Below, piece after piece: positions 58,114-64,000 of a stretch of DNA of 64,000 bases. Source of the stretch: a phage; the sequence record OZ335964.1; one strand, given 5' to 3'. The notes beneath the pieces were generated by a model. The model had not been told where the DNA came from. It worked only from the letters and a program-made list of their open reading frames with translations, and did no database searches. The stretch's first letter is position 1, and every line of letters begins with the position of its first letter. A program made the translations under genes and the position numbers.

Positions 58114-59346
58114 TTATACTGCCATTTGAGCGGTGATTGCTGGATGGCTTTGATAGTTGTGAATTTTAAAGTCTTTCGGAGTCTTTGTCAATACCTCATC
58201 TAATGATTTAAATTCCGGCAACTCAATTGTTGGTTTATCAAACGGAACACGGCTTAACTGTTCCATAACTTGATCAAAATGGTTTTTGTAAATGTGAGTA
58301 TCTCCACCAGAGAAAATCAGTTCTCCTACCTCAAGATCACACATTTTCGCTATGATGTGAGTTAACAGCGCATAGCTGGCAACATTAAAGGGCAAGCCCA
58401 AAAAGCTGTCTACGCTTCGCTGAAACCACATACAAGACAGTTTACCTTCATTGACATAGAATTGTACGAACGGATGACATACACCCAATACAGCATTATG
58501 TGTTCCTTGTACGTTCCATGAGTCAATGATGATACGTCGATCCGTTGGATTGTTTTTAATTTGTTCAATCACGTTTTGTAACTGGTCTTCCCAAATCTTC
58601 GGGCGATAGACATATTCTTCATCGTCTTTAGTGCTCGATGTGTCTACGTCCATACTAGCAAAGATCGTGGTATCTGGCGCTAAAATATCCCCGCCCAGAT
58701 AATCACTATCAAGCAGATAACCGAAATAACCATCATCTACCCATTCCTGGAATCCCCACAAGCAATATGCATCATTAACAAAATTAGATTGAGTCTTCCA
58801 GTGGTCTGCTACTAAGAATAGATTATATTCAGAATCAAACTCTTCATAACGCATACCACGCCAGATGGCACATAAACGGTCTTCTGTTTCATTGGTTGGC
58901 GTAAAGTCTTCTACCCACGGGTGCTTAAATGTATGTGTATATTTGCTCTTAACGCGCTTAATTTTGATTTCACCGTGTGGATGAATCGGTTTGCGTCGCC
59001 AAGCCATACCATACATATTGCCGACATTATAACCATTGAATCGCAAAGGATTCTTTTCTTTCATATCAAGACAGTTGCCGCGCCAAATGTCGAAGGCTTC
59101 TTCGTCAAACTTACCGCGTGTAATTTCCTGTAAGCGACGGCGGTCAAGTGATCCCTCCATAAACCATAGCAACTCGCCAATTACAGAGGCTGTAGCCATC
59201 TTTTTAGTGGTCAGTAAGGGGAAACCCTTGCTTAAATCGATTCGCATCTCTGCGCCGAATTTAGAGAGCGTACCTACCCCCGTGCGGTCTTCACGAGGCC
59301 AGCCATTATCAAGAACATCACGCAACAGTTTCAAATATTCTTTCAT
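58114..59346 (-). CDS. td: Thymidylate synthase with a large in-frame insertion
   Basis: Aligns with ThyA at both ends (DRTGVGT, LLWF, RRIIIDSWNV, CHPFVQFYVNEGKLSC, FLGLPFNVASYALLTHI, GGDTHIY); about 130 extra residues between them; no intron. Confidence 0.88.
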   Translation of the reverse strand: MKEYLKLLRDVLDNGWPREDRTGVGTLSKFGAEMRIDLSKGFPLLTTKKMATASVIGELLWFMEGSLDRRRLQEITRGKFDEEAFDIWRGNCLDMKEKNPLRFNGYNVGNMYGMAWRRKPIHPHGEIKIKRVKSKYTHTFKHPWVEDFTPTNETEDRLCAIWRGMRYEEFDSEYNLFLVADHWKTQSNFVNDAYCLWGFQEWVDDGYFGYLLDSDYLGGDILAPDTTIFASMDVDTSSTKDDEEYVYRPKIWEDQLQNVIEQIKNNPTDRRIIIDSWNVQGTHNAVLGVCHPFVQFYVNEGKLSCMWFQRSVDSFLGLPFNVASYALLTHIIAKMCDLEVGELIFSGGDTHIYKNHFDQVMEQLSRVPFDKPTIELPEFKSLDEVLTKTPKDFKIHNYQSHPAITAQMAV

Positions 59347-59587
59347 CCCACTTCACCTTTTTCTTATTGATTGCTTTCTTACGCAGTTTTGCTACTGTCT
59401 CGTCAATATCGATAAAGACAACGCCCGGATCGAATACAGTAACAGGTCTTGAAATGTCGCTATTTTCCTGTACTGGAAGCCATGACGCTTTAGCTTCATC
59501 ATAGAGATATTGTAAACCGTAATAATCTACGGCTACTGCGTAGTTTTCACTGGTAGCTGACCATAATTGAATAATGGTTATTTTCAT
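59318..59587 (-). CDS. Hypothetical protein (start set at MKIT)
   Basis: ORF between frd and td. Confidence 0.45.
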   Translation of the reverse strand: MKITIIQLWSATSENYAVAVDYYGLQYLYDEAKASWLPVQENSDISRPVTVFDPGVVFIDIDETVAKLRKKAINKKKVKWDERIFETVA

Positions 59588-59680
59588 TATTGTTCCCGTC
59601 CGCAATGTAAACACCGACTACCAGCAAACATCAAAGATTCACCACAATGTTTGCACTCATAATCTGTCAGAATTTTCATG

Positions 59681-60250
59681 TTACACCTTCTTACGTTCTA
59701 AAATTTGTTCGCTGATCAGGTAATCATCAAGGAAGTAATTATGTTCTTCTTTTGTTGCAAAGTCAAAATATAATTCCTGAATCATTTCCTTAGAGATACC
59801 AACATCATATTCAAATGGATCGTTGATTCCTGAACGTTGAACATACGTTAACACAATACGATCCGCAAAGTCAACCGCTTTTTCAATCAGGGAAGGTCCA
59901 CCGATAACACTTACCAAACCTTGCGTTTTCTCTAGGGCTTTTAACAGATCCTTCAATTCAATTCCAGTGTACACATCAGGTTGGTCGCCGTTTTTTGTTT
60001 TCGGTTCTGGCTTGCTGGTATCGGTGCTAACAACCACATTCAAGCGCCCCCAAAGTGCTTTAGGCAGACTTTCAAAGGTATTACGTCCCATTACTACCGC
60101 AGCAAAATCAACCTCACCAATGGTGCGGATTTTAAAGTTCTCCATATCTTTTTTGATTGGACGACCCCACGGTAAACCGCCTTTAAAACCAAAAGCCCAA
60201 TTTTCATCCGACATTTTAGTGTCACCAATCGCAAATACACATTGAATCAT
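59681..60250 (-). CDS. frd: Dihydrofolate reductase
   Basis: DHFR N-terminal motif (GLPWGRPIKKDMENFK); start set at MIQCVFA with RBS AGGAGA. Confidence 0.85.
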   Translation of the reverse strand: MIQCVFAIGDTKMSDENWAFGFKGGLPWGRPIKKDMENFKIRTIGEVDFAAVVMGRNTFESLPKALWGRLNVVVSTDTSKPEPKTKNGDQPDVYTGIELKDLLKALEKTQGLVSVIGGPSLIEKAVDFADRIVLTYVQRSGINDPFEYDVGISKEMIQELYFDFATKEEHNYFLDDYLISEQILERKKV

Positions 60251-60264
60251 AATATAATCTCCTG

Positions 60265-60594
60265 TCAAATCAATTTAAAGAAGTTTTCGTTTACATTTTC
60301 TTCGGTGATTGCTGTCTTAAATTCAGCTTCATCATCAGGCGAAACATAATAGCGTTCGGAATAATCACGCCACATTTTCAGTAAGCTAACACCAACATTA
60401 ACACCATTTTCCCAGAAACGGAATACAATTTTATGTGCGGTGTAACGGTAATCACTTTGAATCAAGCTACCATCCCCGCGACGAGATTCATAAACCGTAA
60501 TACATTCACGATTAGCGGCTTTAATGCATTCTTCAATAGTTCCACACGAGACAATTTCGGTTGATTCGTCTACGATTTTTTCTACTGTCCACAT
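60265..60594 (-). CDS. Hypothetical protein
   Basis: 109-aa ORF behind an early promoter cassette. Confidence 0.5.
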   Translation of the reverse strand: MWTVEKIVDESTEIVSCGTIEECIKAANRECITVYESRRGDGSLIQSDYRYTAHKIVFRFWENGVNVGVSLLKMWRDYSERYYVSPDDEAEFKTAITEENVNENFFKLI

Positions 60595-60625
60595 AATATA
60601 ATCCTCTCTTTGTTTCTATGTTTGT

Positions 60626-60653
60626 ATTATACATCATCTGTGTTCGGCGTCAA
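60626..60653 (-). promoter_or_regulatory. Promoter-like element (TTGACG-N16-TATAAT)
   Basis: Upstream of ORF 60594 with RBS GAGAGGA. Confidence 0.4.
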
Positions 60654-60979
60654 CCTTTTTGTTCCATGAAAAGCGGTGCTGTTTCTTCTTTCAGTTTAAT
60701 AACTAGCGCGGAAACTTCATCAAGAAAATCTTTTTCCATATGAGCAAGCATTGATTTAGAATCTTTGATGACTTTCAAAGAATATTCACTTAGATTTCCT
60801 TTTCCTAACAATAATGCGGGATACACACTATGTGGGATCTCGATTTCATGATATTCACTCATAGTATAATATTTGTGAATTTTTAAATCTATATTTCTTC
60901 GTTGTACGTCTACATCAGCAATGACATACAGAAGTTCGATTTTATCACTTTTCTGGGAAAGGGTAGCATTCAAAAACAT
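60650..60979 (-). CDS. Hypothetical protein
   Basis: 109-aa ORF behind an early promoter cassette. Confidence 0.5.
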   Translation of the reverse strand: MFLNATLSQKSDKIELLYVIADVDVQRRNIDLKIHKYYTMSEYHEIEIPHSVYPALLLGKGNLSEYSLKVIKDSKSMLAHMEKDFLDEVSALVIKLKEETAPLFMEQKG

Positions 60980-61008
60980 TGTTAATCCTCCGTTGTTTCG
61001 ATGAGTTC

Positions 61009-61036
61009 ATTATACATTACCTCGCCAACATGTCAA
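61009..61036 (-). promoter_or_regulatory. Early promoter cassette (TTGACA-N16-TATAAT)
   Basis: Conserved leader CATCGAAACAACGGAGG before ORF 60979; directly downstream of the gene 32 terminator. Confidence 0.5.
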
Positions 61037-61063
61037 CACCTTTTTCATAAATTTTTAGGCAAT

Positions 61064-61087
61064 AAAAAAGCCTCCCCGAAGGGAGGC
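61064..61087 (-). terminator. Terminator after gene 32
   Basis: Minus strand GCCTCCC-TTCG-GGGAGGC followed by TTTTTT. Confidence 0.7.
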
Positions 61088-61098
61088 TGTAAAATTCA

Positions 61099-62073
61099 TT
61101 ACATCGCTAACAGAGAGTCCAGGTCATCCAGATCAGAAGCGGAGGAAGTACCGCCACCCAGGTCCAGAGATGCCATCAGATCATCAGCGGAAGAATCTGA
61201 CGCCGTGCTAGCTGCGTTAATACCAACTACAGTGCTAGCTGCGGTAATACCAGAATCGAATGCATTTAAAGCAGCGTCAAAATCGTCAAGCTGGCTGTTA
61301 ATCGCTGCCGCAGCACTGGAAGCCGCAGCACCAGCTACCATAGAAACGCCCATAGTTTTCTTAAATTTGGTTTCCAGTTCATCGAACGGTTTAAACTGGC
61401 TAGGCGCTACAATCTCTCCCAGGTCAACCATGTTTTCCATCAGATATTTCTGATATGCTTCGTCTTCAATTTTCGGAAGCTGTGATTGCTGCATGAAACG
61501 AGAATCATCATAGTTCTGGTGTTTATCAACCTTCTTAGCTTTCAGGAGGAAGTTAGCACCGGAGAACACACAAGTTACATCGACCGGAACTTCGCCCATA
61601 TCGGTATTCACGTTCACCATTGCAACGATCTTATCATAAATTTTCTGACCGAAGCGGAATTTGAATACCTTACCTTCATTTTCTGGTGCTTGAGGATCTT
61701 TCAGTACCAGAATATTTGCGTAGTAAGAGGCTTTACGCTTAATCAGTTGCCATTCGGTTTTGTCGGTATTGTACAGGTCTTTTTCGTTAATATATTTGCA
61801 CACAGGGCAAGAATCAAAATCACCGTGGGTGCTGGAGCAGTTTTCCCAATACCATTTTCCATTAACTTTGAAGGAATGGTTTACCAGTTTCACAATCGGC
61901 AGACCGTCTTCTGTCTTAGACGGCAGGAAGCGAATCAGGGCTTCACCGTTACCTGCTGCATCAGTCTTAATCTTCCACTCTTTCGGGTCTTCTTTGGAGA
62001 AACCGTTGCCACCTTTCAGTGCGGCCAGTTGAGCTTGCAGTTTGGAGCTATCTTGACGACGAAACATGTTCAT
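61099..62073 (-). CDS. 32: Single-stranded DNA-binding protein gp32
   Basis: Aligns with T4 gp32 (LIRFLPSK, NGKWYWENCSSTHGDFDSCPVC, NILVLKDPQAPENEGKVFKFRFG, acidic Ser/Asp-rich C-terminus). Confidence 0.92.
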   Translation of the reverse strand: MNMFRRQDSSKLQAQLAALKGGNGFSKEDPKEWKIKTDAAGNGEALIRFLPSKTEDGLPIVKLVNHSFKVNGKWYWENCSSTHGDFDSCPVCKYINEKDLYNTDKTEWQLIKRKASYYANILVLKDPQAPENEGKVFKFRFGQKIYDKIVAMVNVNTDMGEVPVDVTCVFSGANFLLKAKKVDKHQNYDDSRFMQQSQLPKIEDEAYQKYLMENMVDLGEIVAPSQFKPFDELETKFKKTMGVSMVAGAAASSAAAAINSQLDDFDAALNAFDSGITAASTVVGINAASTASDSSADDLMASLDLGGGTSSASDLDDLDSLLAM

Positions 62074-62133
62074 AATTATACCTCTTTATACATTAACTAT
62101 TGATTAATTTACGTTTTATACTATATCAGATAC

Positions 62134-62730
62134 TTAATTGCTTGTCAATACTTTATCAATTATATCTAACAGTTTTGGCTTTCTATTTTCAAATTCTAAC
62201 ATCTCTTCGGGAGAAATGTCAACTACTTCTGTTTTGTTGAAAAAGTTTGGGTCTATAGCATCAGCAACAAAGTTTCTCGCAAGTGCTGCCGCTTTCTCAT
62301 GAACATATATTCCCAAATATATCAACTTCTTTCTTTCGACCTGAATATTGGCAACATATTTACCATCTCGTTTATAAAGACTAACACCGATATATTCAGA
62401 CGATCGACCTTTCTGTTTACCCATATTTCTTGAGTTTTGTTGCTCGTTCGCATCTCTCAAGTTTTCAATCCTATTATCTGTTATAATTCGGTTAACATGG
62501 TCAACGTATTTTGGCATGTATCCATGATGCATAAAGAAAATTATTCTATGCTCTTTATGATGTTTACCATCGATACACACCAATCTGTATCCATGACTAG
62601 GATTAACTCCACCCGCTCTAGATCCGACTTTATGCTTTCTGTTTGTCGATATCTTGCGAATCAGCTTACCGTTATCATATTTAAAGAGTTCATGACAACG
62701 AGCATACAATTCAGGATCATATGTTTTCAC
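62134..62730 (-). CDS. HNH homing endonuclease with AP2 domain
   Basis: HNH core (YVDHVNRIITDNRIENL) and AP2-like (YIGVSLYKRDGKYVANIQ...YLGIYVHEKAA); sits in the 32/59 intergenic slot. Confidence 0.7.
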   Translation of the reverse strand: MKTYDPELYARCHELFKYDNGKLIRKISTNRKHKVGSRAGGVNPSHGYRLVCIDGKHHKEHRIIFFMHHGYMPKYVDHVNRIITDNRIENLRDANEQQNSRNMGKQKGRSSEYIGVSLYKRDGKYVANIQVERKKLIYLGIYVHEKAAALARNFVADAIDPNFFNKTEVVDISPEEMLEFENRKPKLLDIIDKVLTSN

Positions 62731-63394
62731 CTTTTAACCTCGATATTTCTTTACACTCTTTAACTACTTTAACAAATAATGCTCTTGCTTTTGCGGCGTC
62801 AATAACAAGTAGTTTCTTGTACGCCTTCATTTTAACACTATAAGTTTGCCAAATCAAGTCTTTGGCTACCTTGTCGTGTTCGTCGATTATATTTAGAAAG
62901 CTATCTAACAACATAAACGACTCAAACGATATAATCCGATTTTGCAGTAGTTTAAAGATACCGCTAGTTTCGGTTGCGGGATTGTATGTAATTAGCTCTT
63001 TAAGAGTAACCCCGCGTTTCTCGGAGAAGTATACCAGACTTTTAATGTCATCGTCAAATCTTGTTGCTGCATCAGTGATCTTACCGATATACTCCATGTA
63101 AAATCCGTATGCGTCAACATCAGTGATTTCGCCTACCCATGCATCGGTATTAGCTACCAGATTGCTTAGGAATAGGAAGTATAATTCTCTTAGATTGTAC
63201 TTTTCCGCTAATTTCGCGAAATAATACTTATCTCTGCGTTTATTGAATGCGGCATCAGATAACCGCATCCTCCAATTGTATTTTACGCAATCGTAACGCC
63301 CGTTCATATGAGCTTTCATCATGCAATATAACATATACACAGATTTAGCATTAATTCGCATATCTGGATCTGGAGGAAGACGGTTTCTGATCAT
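62717..63394 (-). CDS. 59: Helicase loader gp59
   Basis: Aligns with T4 gp59 (KSVYMLYCMMKAHMNGRYD, KYNW, LVANTDAW, IISFESFMLLDSFLNIIDEHD). Confidence 0.88.
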   Translation of the reverse strand: MIRNRLPPDPDMRINAKSVYMLYCMMKAHMNGRYDCVKYNWRMRLSDAAFNKRRDKYYFAKLAEKYNLRELYFLFLSNLVANTDAWVGEITDVDAYGFYMEYIGKITDAATRFDDDIKSLVYFSEKRGVTLKELITYNPATETSGIFKLLQNRIISFESFMLLDSFLNIIDEHDKVAKDLIWQTYSVKMKAYKKLLVIDAAKARALFVKVVKECKEISRLKGENI

Positions 63395-63403
63395 ACATAC
63401 CCC

Positions 63404-63673
63404 TTAAATATCGAGAGTGTTGGTCGGTTCGTCGATCACTCCCTTCCTGAGCGTTCTATTTACTATACATTCTTGTGTGATCTTGTCAATAATGGACACC
63501 GGAATATATTTCTGATAGTGACCATATTCTATAGAGTTTTCCTCTACAAACTGCGTTGTCGCTTCAAGATAGGTCAATCCCTCTTCAACAACTAGTTTTT
63601 CGATTGCAAGACCGTTTGCTGTTTTGTTCGCGGCTTTTACCGCATGTTCATTAAGCATTGAACACCCGATCAT
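63404..63673 (-). CDS. 33: Small protein in the gp33 position (late transcription accessory factor, by synteny only)
   Basis: 89-aa ORF between 59 and dsbA. Confidence 0.4.
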   Translation of the reverse strand: MIGCSMLNEHAVKAANKTANGLAIEKLVVEEGLTYLEATTQFVEENSIEYGHYQKYIPVSIIDKITQECIVNRTLRKGVIDEPTNTLDI

Positions 63674-63926
63674 AGAGTTCTACTGCTTCGTCGCGTTCTG
63701 CTTCGAAGGTTTCGCGCTGTTGTTGGTGATACAGTTTAAACAGAATGCCCCACATTTTACCGTCTACGCCTAATTCTTCTTTAGCACGCTGCTTTATCTC
63801 TTTGATCTTATCGCCGTATGCTTCTTGAATGGTTTTCTGATCGCTGGCTTCTTTAATCAGTTGTGCCAGGGTATTTCCGTGCACTGCTTCGTCAAATACT
63901 ACTTTTTCTTTTTTCTGTTCAGTCAT
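63651..63926 (-). CDS. dsbA: dsDNA-binding protein DsbA
   Basis: Aligns with T4 DsbA (FDEAVHG, FIKEASD, RAKEELGVDGKMW, FEAE, ELYD.VF). Confidence 0.85.
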   Translation of the reverse strand: MTEQKKEKVVFDEAVHGNTLAQLIKEASDQKTIQEAYGDKIKEIKQRAKEELGVDGKMWGILFKLYHQQQRETFEAERDEAVELYDRVFNA

Positions 63927-63947
63927 AATATTAACCCTCTTTAGTCA

Positions 63948-64000
63948 TTAATTGAAAACCACGTTCAGCTTTTGAGATTTCGCTAGGACGTAAATCGTCA
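63948..64000 (-). CDS. Partial CDS, 3' end of a gene in the rnh position (truncated by window edge)
   Basis: Open frame entering from beyond 64000 with a stop near 63948; synteny only; frame not certain. Confidence 0.25.
   Translation of the reverse strand, partial: TIYVLAKSQKLNVVFN

Noticed and set aside
58597-58992. td insertion considered as an intein
   Set aside because: No Cys/Ser/Ala-type N-terminal block, no C-terminal His-Asn, and no homing endonuclease motifs
59590-59682. 30-aa Cys-x2-Cys ... Cys-x2-Cys mini-ORF between frd and the downstream gene
   Set aside because: Too short to support from sequence alone; noted only as a possible tiny zinc-ribbon peptide
37887-61040. Recurring GC palindromes with conserved flanks considered as a possible CRISPR array or terminator set
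   Set aside because: Spacing is irregular (hundreds to thousands of bp), each copy sits directly upstream of a start codon with -35 and -10 hexamers, and the hairpins are not followed by U-tracts on the transcribed strand; promoter cassettes are the better explanation

Overview
This window is a contiguous segment of a T4-like (Tevenvirinae-type) myovirus genome, colinear with T4 from gene 17 (large terminase) to dsbA and the 3' end of an rnh-like gene. Gene calls rest on manual comparison of the supplied translations with remembered T4 protein sequences and motifs; no database search was run. The plus-strand late block is 17(with intein)-18-19-20-67-68-21-22-23-[accessory island]-24, followed by two hoc-like genes, inh-like, uvsW, uvsY, 25, 26, 51, 27, 28, 29, 48, 54, alt, a hyperplastic region of small early genes, then 30, 31, cd, pseT, rnlA, denA, nrdB, nrdA, td, frd, 32, 59, 33 and dsbA. 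td, nrdA and nrdB are continuous ORFs with no group I introns. Accessory content worth a second look: (1) a LAGLIDADG intein in the terminase P-loop; (2) a ~5.6 kb late-gene island between 23 and 24 encoding two fibrous proteins with a shared N-terminal domain, ending in a perfect 265-bp tandem duplication; (3) a six-member family of small paralogous genes of unknown function; (4) a methyltransferase-like / zinc-ribbon / DUF262-like operon; (5) an extra Alt-like ADP-ribosyltransferase and a NADAR/YbiA-like protein; (6) about 14 copies of a conserved early-promoter cassette (PeSL-like). No tRNA, rRNA or CRISPR array was recognised.
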